A stretch of DNA of 64,000 nucleotides from Leptonemataceae bacterium (GTDB lineage Bacteria > Spirochaetota > Leptospiria > Leptospirales > Leptonemataceae), in the NCBI GenBank assembly GCA_965227295.1, contig OZ245742.1, forward strand, positions 1,536,001 through 1,600,000, in the 5' to 3' direction. The translations under genes were made by a program, and so were the position numbers. Positions within the stretch are counted from its first letter, which is position 1, and the number at the start of each line of letters is the position of its first letter. Below the pieces are notes generated by a model that had not been told where the DNA came from, ran no database searches, and saw nothing but the letters and a program-made list of their open reading frames with translations. This document shows, piece after piece, positions 21,517-29,608 of the stretch.

Positions 21517-21532
21517 AAGGAACCTCCGAAAA

Positions 21533-21596
21533 TTCCGCAAGATACAAACAGTCTGTATGTATCTTGCGGAAGCCGATTACGCATACAGTCTGTATG
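21533..21596. promoter_or_regulatory. Two palindromic operator sites, probably bound by the adjacent TetR
   Basis: 39-bp near-perfect palindrome TTCCGCAAGATACAaACAG-T-CTGTaTGTATCTTGCGGAA (21533-21571) and second core CATACAG-T-CTGTATG (21582-21596), between divergent VOC and TetR genes. Confidence 0.75.
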
Positions 21597-21647
21597 TATG
21601 TCAACGAAAAAACATTGCCATGGTCGCCAACGGCTCTGAAATGCGTC

Positions 21648-22325
21648 GTGGCCCGCAAAAAGACCGGAAAAATTCGCAAAAAAACCTCCCGGCCCCCGCC
21701 TCGCGCGCCGGCCCCACGCACGAAGGCCGGGCAGCGGGAGGCAACCCGGCGGCGCCTCATTGCCCTCGCCCGGGAAGAATTCACGAAGCACGGCTATGCC
21801 GGTGTGGGCACCGCACGTCTGGTGGCCCGGGCGAAACTCAGCCGCGGCGCGCTCTACCATCAGTTCACGGACAAGCAGGATTTGTTTCGTGCGGTACTTG
21901 AAGACGCCCAGGCCGAGATCGTCGCCGCCATCGAGGCGGCCGTGGAGCGATCGGTTGCGGAACACAAGGATCCCGGGGAGGCCGCCTGGGCCGCGCTGCG
22001 CCTGGGTTGCCGCGCGTTTCTGGACGCAGCGTCGCAGCCGGAACGCAGTCGCATTCTGCTCATCGACGGGCCGGCGGTGCTGGGCTGGGACGAGTGGCGG
22101 CGCATCGACTACGAGAACGGCGTTAAAGAACTCATCCTCGGCATTCAGGCGTTGATCGATGCCGGCTTGATCACCAGGCGCCCCGTAGATGCACTTGCGT
22201 ATATGTTAAGCGGAGCCATGAACGAGGGGGCGCTCTGGATCGCGTCGGTGAAAGATCGCAAGGCAGCCCTCCGGGACGCGTGCGCAACGATGGATGCGTT
22301 GCTGGAGGGGCTGAAGAAGAATTAA
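21648..22325 (+). CDS. TetR/AcrR family transcriptional regulator; GTG start inferred
   Basis: TRRRLIALAREEF..GY..LSRGALYHQF.DKQDLF HTH; ILLIDGPAVLGW C-terminal domain. Confidence 0.9.
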   Translation: MARKKTGKIRKKTSRPPPRAPAPRTKAGQREATRRRLIALAREEFTKHGYAGVGTARLVARAKLSRGALYHQFTDKQDLFRAVLEDAQAEIVAAIEAAVERSVAEHKDPGEAAWAALRLGCRAFLDAASQPERSRILLIDGPAVLGWDEWRRIDYENGVKELILGIQALIDAGLITRRPVDALAYMLSGAMNEGALWIASVKDRKAALRDACATMDALLEGLKKN

Positions 22326-22450
22326 CACCGAGGACCGAGGTGCCGAGGTTAGTTTGGGAGGATGGCCCACTTTGCACGTGGGCTTGCATACGCAAGAGAT
22401 GCAGTTTTAAAAATTCGTCTTCTCCCTCGTTACCTCGGTCCTCGGAGTTT
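22324..22450. repeat. ~125 bp dispersed element with iterated CCGAGG terminal inverted repeats (copy 1)
   Basis: ACACCGAGGACCGAGGT / ACCTCGGTCCTCGGAGT ends pair 16 of 17; reverse complement aligns end to end with 59357-59480. Confidence 0.8.
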
Positions 22451-23342
22451 AGTTCTCCCCGTTCAACCGCCGTAGCGCCAGGAATAGCGCCTGGGTGCCG
22501 CTCCGCCCGTCGCCCTGGGCCTTGAGCGCCGTGTACAGTTGCTTCACTAATGCCAGCCCGGGCAAAGCTAAGTTCAAGCGATCACATTCCTCCAGCGCGA
22601 TGCCCATGTCTTTCACGAAGTGTTCTACGTAAAAACCGGGCGCGAAGTCGCCGTCGACGATGCGCGGTCCCAGGTGATTGATCGTCCACGATGCCGCCGC
22701 GCCGGAACCGATGACGTCGATCACCGCGCTTTCGTCGAGGCCGGAGCGCTGCGCGAACAACAGGGCCTCGCACGCGCCGATCATGTTGCCGGCGACTAAG
22801 ATCTGATTGCACAGCTTCGTGCGCTGTCCGGCCCCGGCCCCGCCCATGAAGCTTACGTTCTTCCCGAGTTTTTCCAGCAGCGGCCGTACCGCGTCGAAGG
22901 CCGAGCGTTCCCCGCCGCACATGATTGCCAGGCTCGCGTTTCGCGCCCCCGTATCACCGCCGGACACCGGCGCATCCACGGACCCGACACCGTAGCCGAT
23001 GGCCGTTTGCGCAATGCGCACGGCCAGCTCCGGCGTGGACGTGGTGAAATCGATCAGGTTCCGCACGGTGGCGCCGCCGCGCAGGGCGTCGAAGATGCCC
23101 GGTTGTTCCGGCGTGCCGTAGTACACCGCTTCGACGTCGGCGGGATAACCGACCATCGTACACACGACGTCGGCCGCCTCCGCGACTTCGGCCGGCGTCT
23201 TTGCTAACTGCGCCCCGCCGTCGATTAGCGCACGCGCCTTCGACTGCGTGCGCGTGTAGATCGTGAGCCTGTGCCCCGCGTGCAACAAATGCCCCGCCAT
23301 GGATGCGCCCATTACTCCCGTGCCGATCCAGCCAATTTTCAT
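22449..23342 (-). CDS. NAD(P)-dependent 3-hydroxyisobutyrate/tartronate semialdehyde reductase family
   Basis: IGWIGTGVMG, DAPVSGG, GAGQRTKLCNQ, F.VEHFVKDMGIAL. Confidence 0.9.
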   Translation of the reverse strand: MKIGWIGTGVMGASMAGHLLHAGHRLTIYTRTQSKARALIDGGAQLAKTPAEVAEAADVVCTMVGYPADVEAVYYGTPEQPGIFDALRGGATVRNLIDFTTSTPELAVRIAQTAIGYGVGSVDAPVSGGDTGARNASLAIMCGGERSAFDAVRPLLEKLGKNVSFMGGAGAGQRTKLCNQILVAGNMIGACEALLFAQRSGLDESAVIDVIGSGAAASWTINHLGPRIVDGDFAPGFYVEHFVKDMGIALEECDRLNLALPGLALVKQLYTALKAQGDGRSGTQALFLALRRLNGEN

Positions 23343-23423
23343 TGTGCCTTTGTATACCTGGCGTCGTAATTCGCAACGTTTTCCGTGAGAAGATAAGTGT
23401 AAGATTGCATCAGTGGATACTTA

Positions 23424-23545
23424 TTTGGGCGTCTGCCCGCCGCCAGGCCCGGGCGGCGGGCACCGCGCTGCTCCGCACTCCGCTTCGCTTCGGTCTCGCG
23501 CAGGCGCGAGACTGGCCTTCGGCCATGCTCCGCATCGCTGACGCG
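23424..23545. repeat. Multi-hairpin intergenic element (REP-like or structured RNA)
   Basis: 11-bp stem 23434-23444/23452-23462, 8-bp stem 23493-23500/23505-23512, TGGCC-TTC-GGCCA, and closing GCGTC/GACGC. Confidence 0.55.
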
Positions 23546-23553
23546 AAGAGTCA

Positions 23554-24246
23554 TCACCGTAAATTCTTCTCCGTGTTCTCTGTGCCTCTGTGGCCAATGT
23601 ATTCCTGCACGTACCCCGGGACTCCAATGCCCTGCCGCAACTTCTCGTCGTTCACCGGCACTCCCGGTTGCACCGTCAGTGGAATGACACCGGCCCAGCA
23701 CGGTAACGCGTAGTCCTCGACGTCGTCGTTCGGTCCGCCGGTGCGAATTTTGGCCGATGCCTCTTCCAGTTCCAGCACGCAGACCGAAGTTGCCTTCAGT
23801 TCCTGCGGCGTCGGCGCGCGTACATCTTCCCGGCGCCCGCGCATCATGTGATCCATGATCACCCGCAGGCCTTCGTTCTTTGCGTCGACGTCCTCCAGTT
23901 CCCGGAGTGCGCCGAAGAGCATTGCCGAGCGATAGTTCATCGAATGATGGAAGGCCGAGCGCGCGAGCACCAGGCCGTCGATCAACGTTACCGTAATGCA
24001 CGCGGCAATGCCCTGGCGTAGTTCCCGCAACATGCGTGAGGCCGCCGCGCCGTGGATGTAGAGTTGATCGCCGCTGCGTCCGTAGATGGTCGGGATGACG
24101 AAGGGCTGGCCGTGGACGACGAATCCGACGTGACAAACCGGCGTCGCATCGAGAACGGCGTAGACCGTCTTGCGGTCGTAGTGCGCGCGCTTCGGGGCGC
24201 GGATCACCGTGTTGCGTTCGTTTTTCGGAAAAGGGGCTGAGTTCAT
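23554..24246 (-). CDS. Pyridoxamine 5'-phosphate oxidase-like flavin-nucleotide-binding protein (NimA-like)
   Basis: RAHYDR, PFVIPT, YIHG, DGLVLARSAFHHSMNYRS, SAKIRTGGP, WAGVIPL; divergent from a MocR gene. Confidence 0.88.
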   Translation of the reverse strand: MNSAPFPKNERNTVIRAPKRAHYDRKTVYAVLDATPVCHVGFVVHGQPFVIPTIYGRSGDQLYIHGAAASRMLRELRQGIAACITVTLIDGLVLARSAFHHSMNYRSAMLFGALRELEDVDAKNEGLRVIMDHMMRGRREDVRAPTPQELKATSVCVLELEEASAKIRTGGPNDDVEDYALPCWAGVIPLTVQPGVPVNDEKLRQGIGVPGYVQEYIGHRGTENTEKNLR

Positions 24247-24302
24247 GCTGCGTTCCTCCGCTTCGTGTTGCGTGGGAAAAACTTCGCACGAAAGTGGTCC
24301 GC

Positions 24303-25838
24303 ATGAAAGATCCGATTCTCGAAATTTTTCCGGACCAATTGCCGGGCCCGGATCTTCGTGAGGAAGCCGGGAGCGCGCTCTATCGTTCCCTCTATGATCG
24401 CATTCGTCAGGCCATTCTCGAGGGGCGGCCGGGATTCGAGCCGGGCCGGCGTCTGCCGCCGTCCCGCAGTCTCGCCTCGTCCCTGGGCATTTCCCGAAAC
24501 ACCGTCGTCAGCGCCTACGAGCAATTGCTCGCCGAGGGTTACATCGAGGGTCGCACCGGGGCCGGCACTTTCGTCGCCGATCTTCCCCGCCGTGACTCGA
24601 TCCAGCGTGGCGGACGGAATCTACCGGGTCCGGGTCTTTCGGAGCGCGGCAAAATTCTCGCGCGCATCCCGGTCTCACGGCGCAAGCCGCTGCGCGATGT
24701 CCCCGCCGCCGTTCCCTTTCAACCCGGTGTTCCCGATCTCGCCGCCTTTCCCTTCGCGGAGATGTCTCGCATTGCCGCGCGCTGCCTGCGTTCGGGCGGA
24801 GTCCGGGAGTTCGGCTACGGCGCCGTCGGCGGCCTCCTGGATCTGCGGCGAGCGATTGCCGTGAATCTGCGTTTGAGCCGCGGCGTGATTGCGGAGCCGG
24901 AGCGCATCCTGATTGTGAACGGATCCCAGGAAGCCCTGTATCTGTGCGCGCGATTGTTGAGTGATCCCGGCGATCGTTTTTACGTCGAGGACCCCGGCTA
25001 TCCCGGCGCGCGGGGGGCCTTCGCCGCCGCGGGCGCAAACATCACGCCCGTGCCCGTCGATCGTGAGGGCCTGGATGTTGCTGAGTTACGGCGAGTGTAT
25101 GTTAAGCAGAATGCCGGGCGGCGCTGTCTCGTGTACTGCACGCCGTCGCATCAATTTCCGCTGGGCGTGCCGCTCAGTTTACGCCGGCGCCTGGAGCTGT
25201 TGCAGTTCGCCGCGGAAGCGAACGCCTTTATTCTGGAGGATGACTACGACAGCGAGTTTCGGTACAGCGGTCGTCCGTTGACGGCCCTTTCCGGATTGAG
25301 TGATGTGCCGGGTACGTCGGAACGCACGATCTACATCGGCACGTTTTCGAAGATCATGGCTCCGGGACTGCGCCTGGGCTATCTCGTGATACCGGAGCCG
25401 CTGGTGGATGCGTTCCTGGCGGCCCGGGCGCTGATCGATCGCCAGCCGCCGGCACTCAATCAAATGATCGTCGCGCGATTCATGCAGGACGGCGGCTATC
25501 ACCGGCACGTGCGTCGTATGCGCGAGCTCTACGGCGAACGTCGCGCGATCCTGTTGGACGCGCTCCGCGAAAAGCTCGCCGGTCGCCTGGAACCGTTGAT
25601 TGGTGTGGCGGGGGACACGGGGCTACACGTGGCGGCCACGCTGAGCGGGGAATTACAAGGTACAGATGATCAGAAGTTAGCGGATAACCTCGTGAAGCGG
25701 GGCCTGAACATTCCGCCGTTGTCCGGATTCCTGGTGAGGCCGCGCAAAGACGCGCCCCGTGGTTTTATGATGGGTTATGCGCCGTTCGAAGCGGCCGCGA
25801 TTCGGGCGGGCGTGGAACAAATGGCCGTGGTGCTGTAG
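24303..25838 (+). CDS. MocR/GabR/PdxR family PLP-dependent GntR regulator
   Basis: RLPPSRSLA..ISRNTV..AYEQL.AEGY wHTH; TPSHQFPLG, EDDYDSEF, GTFSK (PLP Lys). Confidence 0.92.
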   Translation: MKDPILEIFPDQLPGPDLREEAGSALYRSLYDRIRQAILEGRPGFEPGRRLPPSRSLASSLGISRNTVVSAYEQLLAEGYIEGRTGAGTFVADLPRRDSIQRGGRNLPGPGLSERGKILARIPVSRRKPLRDVPAAVPFQPGVPDLAAFPFAEMSRIAARCLRSGGVREFGYGAVGGLLDLRRAIAVNLRLSRGVIAEPERILIVNGSQEALYLCARLLSDPGDRFYVEDPGYPGARGAFAAAGANITPVPVDREGLDVAELRRVYVKQNAGRRCLVYCTPSHQFPLGVPLSLRRRLELLQFAAEANAFILEDDYDSEFRYSGRPLTALSGLSDVPGTSERTIYIGTFSKIMAPGLRLGYLVIPEPLVDAFLAARALIDRQPPALNQMIVARFMQDGGYHRHVRRMRELYGERRAILLDALREKLAGRLEPLIGVAGDTGLHVAATLSGELQGTDDQKLADNLVKRGLNIPPLSGFLVRPRKDAPRGFMMGYAPFEAAAIRAGVEQMAVVL

Positions 25839-25881
25839 ATCCGGGCGAACGACGCGGCCGCGTGTGCAAGTACGCGGATAC

Positions 25882-25919
25882 AAAAAGGCCCCGCCCGGTG
25901 TACCGCAGCGAGGCCTTTC
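25882..25919 (-). terminator. Intrinsic terminator downstream of sodB
   Basis: Minus strand GAAAGGCCTCGC..GCGGGGCC followed by TTTTT. Confidence 0.65.
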
Positions 25920-25932
25920 GTGTAATCCAGGA

Positions 25933-26526
25933 TCAGCCGAGATTCTTATTCGCGAAGTCCCAGTTCACCAGGTTGTCCAGAAAGGTATCGATGTACTTGG
26001 GACGCAGGTTCTGGTAGTCCAGGTAGTAGGCGTGTTCCCAGACATCGATGGTCAGCAGGGCTTTCTTTCCCTGGGTCATGGGCAGTTCGGCGTTCAGGGT
26101 TTTCATGACCGCCAGCTTGCCGCCGTCTTCCACGAGCCAGGCCCAACCGCTGCCGAACTGCGTGGCGGCTGCATCGGCGAACGCTTTCTTGAAGTCGTCG
26201 TAGCTGCCGAAGTCCGCTTTGATTTTGTCCGCGATGGCGCCGGTGGGTGCTCCGCCGCCGCCCGGCTTCATGCTGTTCCAGTAGAACGTGTGGTTCCAGA
26301 TCTGCGCGGCGTTGTTGAAGACGCCCGCCTTCGAAGAATCTTTCGCGGTTTCCTGGATGATCTTCTCTAACGATTCGTTGGCGAGGGGCGTGCCTTCGAT
26401 GGCAGCGTTCAGTTTGGTGACGTAACCGGCGTGGTGTTTGCCGTAGTGATATTCGAGCGTTTGCTCGGAAATATGAGGTGCTAATGCGTTTTTTGCGTAG
26501 GGTAAGTCGGGTAAGGTAATTGCCAT
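25933..26526 (-). CDS. sodB: Superoxide dismutase, Fe-type
   Basis: HYGKHH, FNNAAQIWNHTFYW, QFGSGWAWL, DVWEHAYY. Confidence 0.95.
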   Translation of the reverse strand: MAITLPDLPYAKNALAPHISEQTLEYHYGKHHAGYVTKLNAAIEGTPLANESLEKIIQETAKDSSKAGVFNNAAQIWNHTFYWNSMKPGGGGAPTGAIADKIKADFGSYDDFKKAFADAAATQFGSGWAWLVEDGGKLAVMKTLNAELPMTQGKKALLTIDVWEHAYYLDYQNLRPKYIDTFLDNLVNWDFANKNLG

Positions 26527-26598
26527 GTGAGAGTTTTCCTCCGTTCTCTACATCAAAAGAAAGCGGCGAAACGACTCTCGGTCAACCCAAAATTAGAA

Positions 26599-27534
26599 TC
26601 ATTCCGACGCCTTCGCTTCTTCCTCACCGCCGGCTGTGTTTGTGTCTGCGCCTTCTTCCGCCGAGACGCCGTCACCGATAGGCGTCGGTGAACCGGCCAC
26701 CATGGATGCGCCGGCAATGCGTTCCAGATCGAGCTGACGGAGGCGTTCGTGCATGGCGGCGAGAATGCTCGTGGAAATGTCCTGCATGATGTCGCCGATC
26801 ACCCGGCGTTCGAGGATCTCGGCCACCACCAGGCCCACGTCCGCCGTCAGCCGGTCCGCGAATCCACCCATCAGCGGCACGCGGCGCAGTTCACCGATCA
26901 TGGACTTGTTCGTGAGACTTTCCGAAACCGAGGCGCGCAGATCTTCCTTGTGGCGGTCCATGGTGTCCCGGGCGAGTTTTTCGTAATCGAGACTGAGCAT
27001 CACTTCTTCGACGCGTTCCAGGGAACGAGCAAAGACCGCGTCCGAAATCGAATCCACGATGACGTCGCGAAAACGAAACGTGAAGTCTTTCGTCAGCAGC
27101 GTGGAGGTATCCTGGTCCGCCCGGCCGAGTTTGTAGTACGCGATAGCCAGCTTTACGGCCCGCAACAACAGAAAGAAACGCAGCGAAGACAGCGGCACCG
27201 GCACCATGCCGATCAATTCGTACCAGTGCGTGGTAACGTAGACCCAACGATCTTCCTCACGCCGCAATCGCCGCAGGTAAAACGCCGCCCAGATGGCGAC
27301 GACGATAAAATCAAAGGCGAGGATGGAACCGGAGACCGATACCGGCAAGAAAGCAAGCAACGGTTCACTGAAGATGATGACCGAACAGTCGAGGACCGCC
27401 AGGGTAAGCAGAAAGTAATCGCGCTTCGTTCCGGGAATGACCGAAAGCCAGTAGCGGATCTGCTCACGCAGAGTCTTTTTGGGTTCCGGTGTTTCTGCGT
27501 CCGGAGATTCGATGTGATCGGAGGAATCCGTCAT
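26599..27534 (-). CDS. Ion-transport-like membrane protein (S1-S4-like segment, no pore motif)
   Basis: TM segments, then HWYELIGMVP..LRFFLLLRAVK, then a helical C-terminal domain. Confidence 0.6.
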   Translation of the reverse strand: MTDSSDHIESPDAETPEPKKTLREQIRYWLSVIPGTKRDYFLLTLAVLDCSVIIFSEPLLAFLPVSVSGSILAFDFIVVAIWAAFYLRRLRREEDRWVYVTTHWYELIGMVPVPLSSLRFFLLLRAVKLAIAYYKLGRADQDTSTLLTKDFTFRFRDVIVDSISDAVFARSLERVEEVMLSLDYEKLARDTMDRHKEDLRASVSESLTNKSMIGELRRVPLMGGFADRLTADVGLVVAEILERRVIGDIMQDISTSILAAMHERLRQLDLERIAGASMVAGSPTPIGDGVSAEEGADTNTAGGEEEAKASE

Positions 27535-27860
27535 TCATCCGTGTCGTTATCGCGCGCATCATCGGCGGCAGAACGGGCGGCCATCCAGTTATAGAGAAAG
27601 CTGAAGGTCCAGGAGAAGATGAGCGAGTCCATGATGGTATAGAAGAGATCCAGGAGGACGCCGTAGATGTGTTCGTTGAACGTGAGCCCTTCTAAGGATG
27701 CGCGGAAGGGATGGGGATGTACCGAGTTGAACGCGTCCATGAACTCCTGGCCGAAACTGGAATTGGGAACGCGCGTCCAGATCGTGACGATCAAAATGAG
27801 GACGGCGAAGAATACCGTCAGCGCGACGGCAAAGGCCCGGGGATCGATTCTCTGGTTCAT
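27531..27860 (-). CDS. Hypothetical two-TM membrane protein
   Basis: Two hydrophobic segments; ATGA overlap with the downstream gene. Confidence 0.7.
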   Translation of the reverse strand: MNQRIDPRAFAVALTVFFAVLILIVTIWTRVPNSSFGQEFMDAFNSVHPHPFRASLEGLTFNEHIYGVLLDLFYTIMDSLIFSWTFSFLYNWMAARSAADDARDNDTDE

Positions 27861-27863
27861 GCT

Positions 27864-28673
27864 TTATCCGAATGAGGCGGTTTCGAGCGGCTCGTTGTTG
27901 ATTCTTGCGGACAGGCGCTCCCGGATTACGGCCGCGCGTTTCGCATGGCTTTGCTGCCGTACGGACGGCATGCTCGCCAGGTACTCGTAGAGTTCCAGCT
28001 CGAAGCGCAGGTTAATGGCCACGATTTCCGCGGCCCGGCCGCGCAGCGCTTGCGATGCGATCACCATGTGCCGCGTGTTGATGGTATCCGGGGCGACGGT
28101 ACTCACGATCGTTTCGGCGATGCCGCCGTGGATGGCGCCACCCACGGAAGTCCGCAAATCCAACTGCTCTCGCGATCTTGCCACGATGAGGGCACAGGCG
28201 TCCAGCACTTCCGGATCGTCCGCGTGGCGTTCCATGGAATTGGAGAGATCCGACCGCGCCGCGGTGACCTGGTCCAGCTCCCGGGCTGCCGGGGAGCCCA
28301 GGATGGCGTTCATGTTCTGAAGGCCGGTGATGGTTTCGAGATTGATGCCTTTCTCCAGGCGATCGTAAACGGCCGGTCCCAGGACGGCCCGGAGAGAATC
28401 GATGAAGTTCCGCAGGGCGTAGGGGGACTCGATCATCGGGGCGATGAGGCCGTCCACACCGGCCCGGGCCAGCTCGCGCATGTCGTTGCGGGCTTCCGGC
28501 CCGCCGATTTTTACGAACAGCGGGACAATGCGATCCGACAGCGCCCGCAGGAGGCGGATTTCCTCGAACGACATGTCCTCGACCTCGGTGCCGGTCTTCA
28601 GGGCCGTGAGACCCCCGGCATCCCGGAGTTCCTTGAGTCGGTCCCGGAGCTGGTGAAAAGAAGGCGTATGCAT
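27864..28673 (-). CDS. HpcH/HpaI aldolase / citrate lyase-like TIM-barrel protein
   Basis: KIGGPEARND, LIAPMIESPYAL, INLETITG, RSDLS. Confidence 0.7.
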   Translation of the reverse strand: MHTPSFHQLRDRLKELRDAGGLTALKTGTEVEDMSFEEIRLLRALSDRIVPLFVKIGGPEARNDMRELARAGVDGLIAPMIESPYALRNFIDSLRAVLGPAVYDRLEKGINLETITGLQNMNAILGSPAARELDQVTAARSDLSNSMERHADDPEVLDACALIVARSREQLDLRTSVGGAIHGGIAETIVSTVAPDTINTRHMVIASQALRGRAAEIVAINLRFELELYEYLASMPSVRQQSHAKRAAVIRERLSARINNEPLETASFG

Positions 28674-28816
28674 GGTCGGTTTCCCCTCTCCGAGTATCGG
28701 ATTTCCGGGTCCTGCGATAAGTAATTTATGGGACTTTTGCGTACTGGTGTACAGCGAAAATCGGCGGAAACCGGAAATTTATGGCGTAAATCGGACTCTG
28801 CGGAAAGCTCCGCATT

Positions 28817-29590
28817 ATGGCGGAAATCCTCATAGAAAAGAAGGCCGGGTACGCGATCCTCACCATTGATCGCCCGAAGGCCCTGAACGCGCTGAACGTG
28901 GACGTGCTCAAGGAATTAAAGAGCGCGGTAAAAGATCTGAGCAATGCCGGCGACATAAGAGCCGTGATTGTCACCGGTTCCGGCGAAAAGGCCTTCGTCG
29001 CGGGGGCGGACATCGCCGCCATGAAGGACCTGTCCTCCTCCGAGGCTCAGGAATTTGCCGATGTCGGCCACAGTGCCATGAATGCCCTCGCAGACAGCGG
29101 CATGATCAGCATTGCCGCGATTAACGGCTTTGCCCTGGGCGGCGGCCTGGAACTGGCTCTGGCCTGCGATCTCCGGCTCGCCTCGGCCAATGCTAAGATG
29201 GGCCTCCCGGAGGTTACCCTCGGTCTCATCCCCGGTTTCGGCGGGACGCAGCGTCTTCCCCGGGTGGTCGGGAAGGGTCTGGCGCTGGAGCTGATCCTCA
29301 CCGGCGACATGATCGATGCGCAGCGTGCCGCGGACATCGGCCTCGTGAACCATCTCTACGCCGATCCGGCGGAACTGCGCACGGCCGCCGAGGAACTGGC
29401 GCAGAAGATCATCACCGGGCGTTCTTCTACGGCGCAGAGCGCTGCCAAAGCCGTCGTGGCCCAGGGCCTCGACGTCGCCCTGATTGCCGGCCTCCAGAAG
29501 GAAATCAGCGAATTTGCGGAGCTTTTTTCCGGCGCCGATTCGAAAGAAGGGATGTCTGCTTTCCTTGAAAAAAGGAAGCCCTCGTTTTAA
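28817..29590 (+). CDS. Enoyl-CoA hydratase/crotonase
   Basis: RPKALNAL, AFVAGADI, GFALGGGLELALACD, PEVTLGLIPGFGGTQRL, AFLEKRKP. Confidence 0.93.
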   Translation: MAEILIEKKAGYAILTIDRPKALNALNVDVLKELKSAVKDLSNAGDIRAVIVTGSGEKAFVAGADIAAMKDLSSSEAQEFADVGHSAMNALADSGMISIAAINGFALGGGLELALACDLRLASANAKMGLPEVTLGLIPGFGGTQRLPRVVGKGLALELILTGDMIDAQRAADIGLVNHLYADPAELRTAAEELAQKIITGRSSTAQSAAKAVVAQGLDVALIAGLQKEISEFAELFSGADSKEGMSAFLEKRKPSF

Positions 29591-29608
29591 CTAAGCCTCA
29601 GGGACTAT

